Source: Haliotis rufescens (taxonomy: Eukaryota). Taken from it: a DNA stretch of 64,000 nucleotides. Numbering within the stretch: position 1 is the first letter of the stretch; each line of letters opens with the position of its first letter. The DNA is taken from positions 50,778,001 through 50,842,000 of the forward strand of contig NW_025963890.1 of the NCBI RefSeq assembly GCF_023055435.1, given 5' to 3'. Positions 11,416-23,637 of the stretch are shown piece after piece. Below the pieces are notes generated by a model. The model searched no databases, was not told where the DNA came from, and worked only from the letters and a program-made list of their open reading frames with translations. Position numbers and translations under genes: made by a program.

Positions 11416-12982
11416 CACGTTAGAGTGAATGAGTGCAACATGGAGACGTTATGCAACCCGTTAGGGGAGTTAGTGCAACACGTTAGGGCAGTTAGTGCAA
11501 CACGTTAGGGGAGTTAGTGCAACATGTTAGGAGAGTTAGTGCAACATGTTAGTGGAGGTAGGGCAACATGTTAGGGGAGTTAGTGCAACACGTTAGGGGA
11601 GGTAGTGCAACATGTTAGTGGAGGTAGTGCAACACGTTAGGGGAGTTAGTGCTACATGTTAGGGGAGTTAGTGCAACACGTTAGGAGAGTTAGTGGAACA
11701 TGTTAGGGGAGTTAGTGCAACATGTTAGGGGAGTTAGTGCAGCATGTTAGGGGAGTTAGTGCAACACGTTAGGGGAGTTAGTGCAACACGTTAGGGGAGT
11801 TAGTGCAACACGTTAGGGGAGTTAGTCCAACATGTTAGGGGAGTTAGTGCAACACGTTAGGGGAGTTAGTGCAACACGTTAGGGGAGTAAGTGCAACATG
11901 TTAGGGGAGTTAGTGCAACATGTTAGGGGAGTTAGTGCAACACGTTAGGGGAGTAAGTGCAACATGTTAGGGGAGTTAGTGTAACACGTTAGTTGAGTTA
12001 GTGCAACATGTTAGGGGAGTTAGTGCAACACGTAAGGAGAGTTAGTGCAACATGTTAGGGGAGTAAGTGCAACACGTTAGGAGAGTTAGTGCAACATGTT
12101 AGGGGAGTTAGTGCAACATGTTAGGGGAGTTAGTGCAACATGTAAGGGGAGTTAGTGCAACATGTTAGGGGAGTTAGTGCAACATGTTAGGAGAGTTAGT
12201 GCAACATGTTAGGGGAGTTAGTGCAACATGTTAGGAGAGTTAGTGCAACATGTTAGGGGAGTTAGTGCAACATGTAAGGGGAGTTAGTGCAACATGTTAG
12301 GGGAGTTAGTGCAACATGTAAGGGGAGTTAGTGCAACATGTTAGGGGAGTTAGTGCAACACGTTAGGAGAGTTAGTACAACACGTTAGGGGAGGTAGTGC
12401 AACGCGTTAGGAGAGTAAGTGCAACACGTTAGGGGAGTTAGTGCAACATGTTAGGAGAGTTAGTGCAACGTGTTAGGATAGTAAGTGCAACACGTTGTGG
12501 GAGTTAGTGCAACACGTTAGTGGAGGTAGTGCAACATGTTAGGGGAGTTAGTGCAACATGTTAGGGGAGTTAGTACAACATGTTAAGGGAGTTAGTGCAA
12601 CACGTTAGGAGAGTTAGTGCAACATGTTAGGGGAGTTAGTACAACATGTTAGGGGAGTTAGGGCAACACGTTAGGGGAGTTAGTGCAACGTGTTAGGGGA
12701 GTTAGTGCAACATGTTAGGGGAGTTAGTGCAACACGTTAGGGGAGGTAGTGCAACATGTTAGGGGAGTTAGTGGAACATGTTAGGGGAGGTAGTGCAACA
12801 TGTTAGGGGAGTTAGTGCAACACGTTAGGGGAGTTAGTGCAACACGTTAGGGGAGTTAGTGCAACATGTTATAGGACTTAGTGCAACATTGTAAAGGAGT
12901 TAGTGCAACATGGTAAAGGAGTTAGTGCAACATGGTAAAGGAGTTAGTGCAACATGTTAGAGGAGTAAGTGCAACATGTTAA
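11416..12982. repeat. 22-bp tandem satellite array 2
   Basis: Same monomer as array 1; ends about 60 nt before the ATG of gene B. Confidence 0.97.
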
Positions 12983-13043
12983 GGCATGTTATGTGCCACA
13001 TACTAGTATACGGTTTGTCAATATTTTTTTGTTTTTCAGGACG

Positions 13044-13166
13044 ATGGCTGAATTATCTTCCCCTGTTGTCATGGACAACGGTTCGAGCACGAGCAGGGCG
13101 GGGTTTGCAGGAGCCTCCCAGCCGTCATGTGTCTTCCCGTCCATTGTCGGCAGGCCCAGGGGACAG
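13044..13166 (+). CDS. Actin-like gene B, coding exon 1 (highly divergent)
   Basis: [41 protein letters not shown]; acceptor tttttcag 4 nt before the ATG; GT at 13167 at the conserved 41/42 position (weak donor gtctaa). Confidence 0.8.
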
Positions 13167-14565
13167 GTCTAAAACCAACAAATATATTCTTGTATTTGTA
13201 CATTTGTACGCGCGGTAGGACAGGACACCCGGTGTCGTCATTGATTTTCAGTGATCCATTCGTGTAGTTATCACCGTTATTTTGGCAATGGAATATGTTT
13301 TTTCGGACAATCGAGACCCGTGTGTTGTTTTACGCCACAGTCGGCCATGTTCCAGCTGTATCGAGTGTGGACCAGGAAAATCTTATTTAGAATTTCCACA
13401 AGGCACCAGTAATGACAAAACTATACATGTGAACTGTTAAATAACTATAAGGGTCCTTACTTGAACAGAAGAAAAGTTTTGGTAGTGACTGGGTGAGTTT
13501 GTAACGCTGCACCATACAATGAAATATTGCGGTCCCATGTCATATTAGTCCCTTATCACATTGATCTGCAGCACGGAAACATTATCGTCAAATACAGTCA
13601 TTGTTGTAAAAAAATGATTAACGTAATCACAACGAGGACACCGCGGGTGTCATGGGTCAGGATATCCTGTACTTCCGGTAGTATTTGACACGTTGGAAGG
13701 TCAAGGTCATGTGTTTTGTCCATAGAGAATTCGAAAGTTATAATTATGGCAGTATGTTGTGGAAGTAGAGACAAAATGTTATTTATATTATTCATGTGTT
13801 TTACCCAGAAAGTTGTTTTGTTATTAGCTGAGTTTTTTTATGAATATGAAATCACTTTCTCGCTTTTGTTTACACGGCAGTAGAGTCCAGTCAAAAAAAT
13901 AAGAATCTCATTGGCAACCATGAACTTTCGGCAAGGTCACAATCTGTCAGGGAAATTTTGCTCATCCCCTCCATCAATTGGTCAAATTGTACTTACATAC
14001 AGAGTATTTGATTTTCTGCGAAAACGTAAGCTGTAACTTTGATCAAACAACAGTTCAGCACGTCTCCTATGACCCTCTTTGAACTTTTCAGTGAAAGAAC
14101 ATGCTCGATTGTACCTAAAAAGTTATGAAATGTAGACACCGAAAGTTGATTCAGCCGGAATTTTCGACAAAAAGGGAAAGTTGGATGTCATCCCTCTTGT
14201 CATACAGTCTTGTGGATATTTTTAGTTGTCTATACTCTGATACCTTTTGCATGATACAAATGAGGCAGTGTATTAGTCTGTTATATCCAGCTCAGTAGGG
14301 TAAATCAGTGGAAGGGAGTTGACATTTTGACCATTTTGAACCACAATGAATGCATGTTTTGAAGAGACGAGTAAAGATTGGACTGTGATTTCATGACAAA
14401 GCGAATGATGCTTAGACCTTGCCCTGGTGAATATGTTAAATTCTGATAAATTGTTGCTAACTGTTACATGTCGTCTCATGCCTAGGTCGTATATAACTGT
14501 ATACACATTTTAGTCGTGACATAATTATATTTACTGCCAGTATCATGATATCTTCATCATATGAA

Positions 14566-14725
14566 GACCCGTGAAGATTCCGGGGTAGAATAGGTCTTCA
14601 GCAACCCATGCTTGCCGTAAAAGGTGACTATGCTTGTCGTAAAAGGCGACTTACAGGATCGGGTGGTCAGGCTCGCTGAATATTGCTTAGTGCGGCGTTA
14701 ATCAACAAAGCAACCAACCAACCAA
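14566..14725 (+). mobile_element. S1 element, internally deleted
   Basis: gacccgtgaagattccggggtagaataggtcttcagc head joined directly to the aatattgcttagtgcggcgtt tail. Confidence 0.8.
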
Positions 14726-14759
14726 TCATCATATGAAATACAGACAATCTTCCTTCCAG

Positions 14760-15761
14760 GGCGTGATGGTCGGTATGGGACAGAAGGACAGCTACGTCGG
14801 TGACGAGGCTCAGTACAAGAAAGGTATCCTCACCCTCAAGTACCCCATCGAGCACGGTATCGTCACCAACTGGGACGACATGGAGAAGATCTGGCATCAC
14901 ACCTTCTACAACGAGCTCCGTGTTGATCCAGAGGAGCACCCCGTCCTCCTGACTGAGGCTCCCATGAACCCCAAGGCCAACCGTGAAAAGATGACCCAGA
15001 TCATGTTCGAGACCTTCAACACTCCCGCAATGTCTTTGGCCATCCAGGCTGTTCTGTCCCTGCATTCCTCTGGCCACAAGACGGGTATTGTTCTGGATTC
15101 CGGTGATGGTACAACACATGTTATTCCCATATATGAAGGATACTATTTGCCACACGCTGTTTGTAAGACGATAATATCGGGACGAGATATAACAGATCAC
15201 ATGCTTAAACTGCTCAACGACCGTGGATGCAACTTCACCACCCGTGCAGAGTATGCCATCGTCAGAGATATCAAAGAGACGCTCTGCTACGTGGCCTATG
15301 ACTACAAACACGAGCTGAATACGATGACCAAGTCTACCATAAACAAAACCTATATACAACCAGATGGGACGTTCACCACAGTTGGTGACGAACGCTTCAA
15401 GTGCCCAGAGGTGATTTTTAATCCTCTATTGATGGGCGTGGAAATGTCCGGGATACAGGATATTTTGTCAAGGTCGTTACAGATGTGTGACAGCTCTATC
15501 CATGGTCAGCTGTATGGCAACATAGCTTTGTGTGGAGGGTCGACACTTTTCCCAGGATTCTCTGACCGCCTTCGGAAAGAGATAGAAAATGTAGCACCTG
15601 CTGGAACTACCGTCAACGTGAGAGCCCCACCCCATGGACTCATGTCAGCGTGGGTGGGGGGCTCGATGAAGGCCGCCCTACCCTCCTTCATGGATGCTGT
15701 AATGACGAAGGATATGTACGATGAATCTGGACCATCTCTAGTCCATCGATGTTGTTTTTGA
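14760..15761 (+). CDS. Actin-like gene B (374 aa total), coding exon 2
   Basis: Acceptor ccttccag at 14759; uninterrupted ORF; H73, Q137, DSGDG and H161 retained; first ~90 codons conventional, remainder strongly diverged; ends HRCCF*. Confidence 0.88.
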   Translation, partial: GVMVGMGQKDSYVGDEAQYKKGILTLKYPIEHGIVTNWDDMEKIWHHTFYNELRVDPEEHPVLLTEAPMNPKANREKMTQIMFETFNTPAMSLAIQAVLSLHSSGHKTGIVLDSGDGTTHVIPIYEGYYLPHAVCKTIISGRDITDHMLKLLNDRGCNFTTRAEYAIVRDIKETLCYVAYDYKHELNTMTKSTINKTYIQPDGTFTTVGDERFKCPEVIFNPLLMGVEMSGIQDILSRSLQMCDSSIHGQLYGNIALCGGSTLFPGFSDRLRKEIENVAPAGTTVNVRAPPHGLMSAWVGGSMKAALPSFMDAVMTKDMYDESGPSLVHRCCF

Positions 15762-16274
15762 TCATGTTTTGACTTTCTTTACAACTACGTAGAAAGTTGA
15801 ATTGTTTTGTTATTTCATACATATATTGTATACCTAATATGTAAAATATGTGTATATAGTGAGATATCATCATTGTTTTCGGTGGGGCACTGGTGTCCGT
15901 AATACATCCCTCAGACGTGTCAGTACTTTGATTGTGGGTTCAAAGGGAGGAGTGTTTGATCACACACCGGTCCCTTGATGCCCGTTGACTGACTTGATGA
16001 CTTTCCTCGTTGCTTAGATTATTTTTTTGAAATTTCGATCTCTTGAGAAACTTGAGAAAATGATTGGAAGTAACGATAAATTCGAGAAAATAATCGAAAT
16101 TACGAGAACATAATCGAAATAATGAGAGAAAATTCAATTACAAAATTGATATAACGAGGAAGTGACACCATTAGGTTTTCGTACAAAACGTCAAAGCCAG
16201 AGAATAATTGGTCCTGACTACTAGTATTAATGACAAGGCTCAGGCCATTTGACAGTTATAGCAAATTTGAATGC

Positions 16275-17036
16275 CAGATTATGTTCGAGACCTTCAACTC
16301 TCCACCTTTGTATGTGGCCATCCAGGCTAGTCTGTCTCTGTACGCTTCTGGTCCTACGACGGGCATTGCTTTTGATTTTGGTGATGGTTTCACCCGCACT
16401 ATGTCCATCTACGGTTTACACCCTTCCCACGCCATAGCGACACTGGATCTCGCTGGGCATCAACTGACAGAATACTTCATGAAGATCCTCACCCAGCGTG
16501 GTTCATCCTTCACCACCACTGCCAAGAGAGAAATTGCCAGGGACATCAAGGAAACACTTGCCCATGTGGCACTTGACATCGAACGGGGGATGGCTACTGT
16601 TGCGACTTCTTCCTCCGTGGAAAAGAGCTACGAGCTTCTCGACGATCATACCAGCACAATTGGTAACGAGAGGTTCCGTTGTCCAGAGGCTCTCTGCCAG
16701 CCATCCATTTTGGGCATGGAATCTGCTGGTGTCCACGAAACATCATATGGTTCCATCATGAAGTGTTATGTTGATATTCGTAAAGACCTGTACGCCAACA
16801 CTGTTCTCTCAGGAGGTACCACCATGTTCCCCCGTATCGCCGACAGAATGCAGAAGGAGATCACAGCCCTTGCTCGAGCAACAATGAAGATCGAGGTCAT
16901 TGCTCCTCCAGAGAGAAAATACTCCGTCTGGATCGGTGGCTCCAACCTTGCCTTGATGTCCACCTTCCAGCAGATGTGGATCAGCAAGCAGGAGTATGAT
17001 TCCGGCCGGTTCATTGCTCACAGAAAGTGTTTTTAG
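16275..17036 (+). pseudogene. act: Actin C, 5'-truncated (starts at Q121)
   Basis: Intron-like sequence (compare 7537-7575) fused directly to cagattatgttcgagacc; exon 1 and ~80 codons of exon 2 missing; many substitutions, frame still open. Confidence 0.85.
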
Positions 17037-18371
17037 GGACTGACGTTGCATACGATGAGGACATTTTGGCGAATTCTTTTCATCATTGATAAGACCACTA
17101 TTAAACATTGTTCTTCTGATCGTTTGTTCCAATGATGATTTATGTTCCTTTTTTTTGGATACATTTATGCAGCTTTTCTGGTTGTTTTAGTAGGATAAGT
17201 AACTTTGATTGCTATTTTGTTTTACATTTTAGCTGTTTATCTCTTGTCACAAGAGAGCGTATATATTCATCATCCCTTCCTTTGACATCCATATTGTGGC
17301 AAAGTAGGTACTTGATTATTAAAATATCAAAATATCCACCTCAATGTGTGTTTGTTAATATTCGAAAGAAAACCCCGATATACATGTACATAAACAAAAC
17401 TTAATGCATACATATTCAGATGAATCATATGAGAATATAAAGATGTTTTCAGGTGAACAGCTGACTTGCCTTTGCATGTGTTTATGACGGGTGCCACCGG
17501 TGGGGCAGGATACGCTCACCTTTTCGCGAACACCAGGTATCATCACTATTTGATAGTGATTCATAAACACATGCTCATGATATAGTCGGAATCGTACAAT
17601 CGACTCTGCTTTATGCAGAGATTTCTATTGGATGTGGAAAGGGTTTTGTCGCTTTACTTATTATTGTCAACGCATTCACATATACACCACATCCTGTTTG
17701 GGAGTGAAGCTTATGGTTATTGATCTGGTACAGAGATTATATCTCAATTATCGATACAACACTACACATTTACACCTTCGGTATGTTACCAACATGATAC
17801 CTTACACTGATCGCTGCATACCCGTTCAATCAATCCACTTGTATACGTGGTATTTGTGGCGTCAACTCCGGCAACAGACTAGTTGATTACTAGTATTACT
17901 GAAACAGGTATCAAAGTTCCTTTAACCCGGTTGTAGTGATTCATATTACTAGCCAATATCGTCGGAAAACGACGTCAAGCAATCAAAGTAACCTGATGAC
18001 CCGATTCAATTTAGTCGTCTCCAACAACAAGTAATACAATAATTGGGACCCACGAAACCCACAAGCATAAACATGATGCTGTTAGCGAATCTGGGATTCT
18101 GAGCGAATCCTTGCACGGATAAGGGGCGCACTCTGCACAGCGAAACACGCGTCGTCATAGACCGCGGGGATACCAATGTCAAAAGGAATTGTCCACAAAT
18201 GTATGGAAACTATACAGTCTGTACAGTGATAGTCTCCCTGGCACAACGACAGCCGACTGTGTAACCGCGGGTGTATTATCCCTGACTGTCGGTCAGTGTA
18301 AACAGTAAACAATAAGTGTCAGGATAACATTATATCTCCTACGCTCATGCAGCTTCCTTTAAGTACGCCCT

Positions 18372-18720
18372 GGGCCCCGTTCCACAAAGCGATCGTAACT
18401 ACAATCAATCTTAGAGACTTACGTCGATTTTAAAATCGTCTTAGCTAAGGTTTACACCCGTTCCACAAAACGATCTGAGGGTGATTGTAACTTTACAAGT
18501 AGCCGATCTTAACAAAGATTGGAATCTTCAGCCACGAAGATACAAACGTTTCCCTTAGAGTGGCCTCCCTTGGTCATGTTTAGCAGACGACGCATTTCCA
18601 TGCACACCTTAATAAAAGTCGCCATCTTTGTTGTTATGGTACAAAATTGAAGATTGATTTTAGCAATCCTAAGTTGGTCCGAGGTGTCAGGGTTGTCTAA
18701 GTGTGAAGATCGCATAAGAT
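18372..18720. mobile_element. PIF/Harbinger-like element end
   Basis: Begins gggccccgttccacaaagcgatc, same terminus as the MITE at 63723; occupies the place where paralogous DNA carries the satellite block; right boundary approximate. Confidence 0.5.
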
Positions 18721-19070
18721 CTCATGGTCTTTGAGGCCTTAGTTTAGGAAGATGTCACACAACTATAAATTGTTAAAACCCAATTTAAAGATATTTGAAA
18801 CGACCGCAAATCCTGGTCAATACTAAAGGCACAACTCTAAATTTTCTCCACTAATGGGTCATACGTTAACGTTTGTGCTCTGGTTGGATTGTACAAAGAT
18901 GGTACACGTGAAGACACGTCGCCAGGCCGTTTTCCAATAGATACATGCGAGGCATGTTTAATGTTTCACAATACATTGTACTCCTCTTTCCCGAGAATGT
19001 CTGATTGTGTACAACTAAAGCATGTTTAACAAAACACTAACATGTTGCCGATCTGTTGTATGTCTGTGTG

Positions 19071-19108
19071 CCATATAAGGGGATGCACTGACCAGATTGA
19101 GGTATATA
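19071..19108 (+). promoter_or_regulatory. Orphaned actin promoter: perfect CArG CCATATAAGG plus interrupted TATA
   Basis: 18720-19108 matches 54600-54983 upstream of actin H. Confidence 0.75.
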
Positions 19109-20134
19109 GCCTGCAACCTCGGGGTATCACGGGACTTGTGATTACGCTGAACGGAACAAAATGCACTCACTAACATTTATGATTATTCGTGTTCTCTGTA
19201 TCAGATATCATTCATGTTATCTAACAATGCATATTTTACTGATAAAAGTTCATTATTTACATTAGTAGCTCCGAGTAAAAGCCGGGCCTCGCGCTCTGTT
19301 TGACAAGGGAGAGAAATCCATCGTATCGCGGTACAGAGAAAAGTTGTGTATGGAGGTCCGAATTGGACAAAAAGAGGACATAATTCTACCAACCACTTAG
19401 TAGTTAGTATAATCATGCCAGACATCAGTGATTTGTCCAGACATGTGCAAAGACAGCACAAGTAAAATTCTAAATGTGTTATCAGTAATAGGTTTTCAAT
19501 GCATATTTACCGAAAAGTCTGAGAAAAATATTTAAAAAACCAACAAAATATCAGAAATGATTTTCTAAGATTGTTTTAAAAAAAAATTGGATGACAATAA
19601 TTTGTCCCAAAATTGAAAAATGTTAAAAATCAACAATAAATATATAAAAAGCACTCCTAGTATATTATGCCCAAAGTATGTATTTATCTTTTGACTTCTA
19701 GTGAAAAACGTATTTCTAAGTTTGGCATTATGGCTCTTATGATCTCCCAATAGATTCTGGGCAAAGAGCGGGAAAAAATGTGCGGACTACGTAACTTCCG
19801 TTACCTTATTAGTCGCCATGAATATGCAGATGATCTAGTTCAGGTCGATAGAGAAAGTTTACTTGGGGAACTGCGGGTTATATCGTTGGTCATTAATAAA
19901 TGGGGGTAGGGCAATATTAAAAAAAGATGCCAGAAGTAAGTATCAACACATTAATAACTCCTCACTTACAGCAGACGGAACATTCCGAGGAAATTGAAAT
20001 TGTTTACGAAGTGAGCACTTCCTGGTTACTGATTTGCATTAATAGACAGCCGCTAAGAGGCGTGTCCCGCGTGAACTACCGGAAATCACAAATGCCGCGA
20101 TACGATGAATGGACCATGGACCATGGGGTCCGAG
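19109..20134. mobile_element. 1026-bp unclassified insertion inside the TATA box
   Basis: Empty site gaggtatataaatccacc at 54974; here gaggtatata|X|tataaatccacc, i.e. TATA duplicated; no obvious TIR or coding capacity. Confidence 0.8.
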
Positions 20135-20212
20135 TATAAATCCACCCGTTCAGACTACCACTATCAGCGTTACAGCCCTCAGTAGTGAAACGTCTTCTAC
20201 CTTTCTGCCAAA

Positions 20213-20248
20213 ATGTGTGACGAAGATATCGCTGCGTTGGTTGTGGAC
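20213..20248 (+). pseudogene. act: Actin D stub: first 12 codons ([12 protein letters not shown])
   Basis: 5'UTR and codons match actin H (55058), then the sequence switches to the upstream region of actin A (compare 3671). Confidence 0.85.
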
Positions 20249-20601
20249 ACAGTGACACCGGCTGGGTTTTCAAATAGGTGGCAGTACAGTTTTCTATTCA
20301 CGTGTATAAATCTTTGCTATATGAATAACATATTCTTATTGAACAAGAAATACTTAAGCACTGTTTTGTGACGAGATTTTTCTATTTTATTAGGGTTAAA
20401 TGATAAACAACATATGTAAACGATTTGCTTTGAGCGTTTTTTTAATAAAATTTAACCAGTGACCATCTCCTGTAATCGTATCTGGTGATTGTGATTATTA
20501 ACACTGAAATAGTGTTGACTGTCACGAAGAAACTTAACCAAGGCTCCGCTCGGATTTCACAAAGACCGTATACATGTAGACGCGACACTTGTGTCTGTTT
20601 T

Positions 20602-20639
20602 CCATGTAAGGGATACATTGATCACTTAGAGGTATAAAA
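20602..20639 (+). promoter_or_regulatory. Actin E core promoter: CArG-like CCATGTAAGG plus TATAAAA
   Basis: Homologous to 4173-4210, same spacing to the ATG. Confidence 0.7.
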
Positions 20640-20714
20640 ATCCACCAGTCCAGACTGGTACTATCAGCGTTACACCCCACAGAAGTGAAACACATTTTAT
20701 ACATTTCTGCAAAA

Positions 20715-20840
20715 ATGTGCGACGACGATGTTGCTGCGTTGGTTATCGACAACGGCTCCGGCATGTGCAAGGCCGGGTTCGCCGGTGACGACGCTCCCAG
20801 AACTGTCTTCCCCTCCATCGTCGGCCGCCCAAGACATCAG
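20715..20840 (+). CDS. act: Actin E, coding exon 1
   Basis: [42 protein letters not shown], donor GTAATT at 20841. Confidence 0.93.
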
Positions 20841-21756
20841 GTAATTATACTTGATCTTTGTGAAGGTTCACGGACCCGTTGGCGCTCCAAGTAAGAAATC
20901 CTCCAGCTTTTTAGATATCCGGTTTACGAGTCATTTTTATAATGAAATGTCCTTTGTGTAAATGTAGACAGATACTGTCAGAAATTGTCTTTCAGATTAA
21001 CGAGGGTTCACTGTATAAGATTGTTTCTTGGTATAATAAGTTTCACAGAGCAAGCGCCTCCAACTAGCTCTCACCAAGCAGTTTCCGCATCACTCCGGTG
21101 CCTCAGTATGTATCAGGTAATGAAGGTCGCTCTTTCCAGTGGCAGTATTGAAAATAACTCTAAGCTCTTCAGTTACCTATTCAAGTTGCGATTATCCGGC
21201 GATTATCGAACCATTTAGAATTCTACTATCCTTATGTATGTAAGTTCCGTGACTTTATATGAATGCCACTTCTTCAATAGAAGCGGTTTTACTTACTGGA
21301 GGTTACTGATGATGTTATGTGGGAGGAAAAAACCAGGTCGCCATAATGGGCCATGGTGGCTTCTGATTACAGAACCATCGTAAGCATTGACAAACAATGT
21401 TATAGAAAGACAAGTAACGACAAAACACTCAATATATCTCCAACGCATCGGCTCATGTTGTGTGAATATGATGCATCTGGTACAGATACTACGTTTAGTC
21501 ATCTCTGTTAAAGCAAAACAACGGTCGGTTTGGCAGTTCTAGCAAATTTCAGTGAAGTGGTGAAACGTCACTTTTGCATGCCAGCTCAAATATAATATAT
21601 GTACATCAAAACGTCAACACCAGACAATAACCAGTCTCGATTATCTGCTGAAACAGGTTTCCTTCATTTCAAATGAATGGATCACTGCAAAACAGTTATG
21701 ACGCCAGGTGTTCGCGAAAAGGGCAAACACGTTCTGCTGTGACTCACAGTTACCTG

Positions 21757-21962
21757 TACCTATCTATATCAATATCTATCTATATCTGTCTGTCTGTCTG
21801 TCTGTCTACCTATTTCTATTTCTCTATCTGTCTGTCTGTGTGTCTGTCTGTCAATATCTATCTATCTACTTCTATATCTATATCTGTCTGTCTGTCTGTA
21901 TCTATTTGTATATCTGTCTGTCTGTCTGTCTATCTATCTATATATCACTCTCTCTGTATATA
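21757..21962. repeat. Compound (TCTA)/(TCTG) microsatellite
   Basis: Visible tetranucleotide runs; paralogous to 56241-56568. Confidence 0.9.
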
Positions 21963-23487
21963 TAAACTCAACAACAAAAGTTCCCGTGACACCAATATTT
22001 TAGTTTATATTTCAAACAAGTAAAGTTTGTTTTTCAATTTTGTAGTACATGTATTGAATCAAGTCACAAAACGCACCTGCTACAGAAAATCATGCATACC
22101 ATGCAAAAGTTGACTTTTATGCAAGCCCCATGCATTTCACTACCCAAGAATGGGTATAAAAACATGTGCGTTAACGGGATTCCATATGCATTGTTTAGCA
22201 TCGTGCTGACAACCACTCAGAAAAACAACAAAATTACGCAATTATTCAACATTACGAAATGCCACGCCTGTCCGAAAATGAGCGTCTGTCAGCCATTGGT
22301 ATGCTTGAAGCAGGATCGAGTCAACGTGATGTTGCAAGACAATTAAACGTCCACAGAAAAACAATTTGGTGTCCACAGAAACACCATTTGGTGTTTATGG
22401 CAACGTTGGCAACAGGCGAATGCAGTCAGAGACCATCCTCAGAGTGGCAATAACCAATAATCGACAAGACAACTGGATTCAAACAACACACCTACGAAAT
22501 CGATTCCAGCCAGTAACAGTGACTGCGAGAAGCATCCCTGGCCTTCGAAGAATATCTTCACAAACCGTACGTCGCCGCCTCAGATGTGCAGGGACTGTCG
22601 CCAGAAGACCCACCAGACGTCCCATTTTGACAGGCAACCACCGTCAAGCACGTCTACAGTGGTGCAGACAGCTTCTACGCTGGACGGCCATGCAGTGGGG
22701 ACAAGTTCTATTCACTGACGAGTCTCGTTTTCACCTCAGCCACAGCGATGGACGGATTCGAGTGTACCGACGTCGAGGTGAACATTACGTCAATAATTGT
22801 GTCATGGAAGAAGATCGGTTCGGGGGCTCCCTCGTTATGGTATGGGGTGGGATTACAGCAAGACAGAGGACCCGTTTGCTAGTGGTAGAGGGAAATCTCA
22901 ATGGACAGCGCTACTGCGACGAGATCATCAGCCCTGTTGTTCTACCGTTTTTGCGTCGTCGTGGCCCAGGCATTACCTTTCAACATGACAACACCCGGCC
23001 TGATATTGCTCGACTTGTTCAGGATTCTCTTCAACAAAACAACGTGAATGTCATCCCCTGGCCGACTCGCGCCCCTGATCTCTCACCAATCGAGCACACA
23101 TGGGATGAGATGGATCGGCGCCTTCGACGTCAACCACGTGTTCCACAGACACTCCAGGAACTTCGAAACATGCTCCAGCAGATATGGACAGATGTCTCAC
23201 AGGACCTTGTGCGACGCCTGGTCCATTCCATGAGACGAAGATATGTTGCTTGCATCGCAACCAGAGGTGGACACACACGCTATTGTTTTGTAATTTGACA
23301 TTTTGGCATGTTCATGTTTTTTTTATATGAAATCATGCATTTTCTGAAGTCAGTATGGCAAATTAAACCATTTGAACACTTACAGGAGTCTTTTATCTGT
23401 TGCAAACCGACATTGTTTCAGATTGATAAAAAACATAACTTTGCATTAAATCTTATTCAATATCACAGGGACTTTTGTTGTTCAGCA
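21963..23487 (+). mobile_element. Tc1-family transposon, near full length, frameshifted DD34E transposase (22259-23298)
   Basis: TIRs at both ends; MPRLSENERLSAIGMLEAG start, FTDESRF, QHDN-34aa-E(PIEHTW); short tandem duplication near 22350-22392 breaks the frame; empty site in the actin H intron near 56560. Confidence 0.95.
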
Positions 23488-23637
23488 TATATATCTACTC
23501 TTCCTGTTTGATCGTGCACCAATCCCTGCACAACTGGTGTACTCCAACAGCTCACGTGACGAGCATGGATGATCGGGTTTCTCAACGTCAATTGAAAACT
23601 AACTTCTGTTATCCAGGCCATGACGCTCTGATTTCAT

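Noticed and set aside
14667-15359. Recurrent minus-strand ORFs over actin exons (also 7783-8121, 24464-24805, 47072-47413, 57356-57682)
   Set aside because: Antisense shadows of actin codon usage; they recur only because the actin genes recur.
15744-15761. Prenylation motif at the HRCCF C-terminus of gene B
   Set aside because: Cys is not at -4 (not CaaX); a single K-to-C change in the usual HRKCF explains it.
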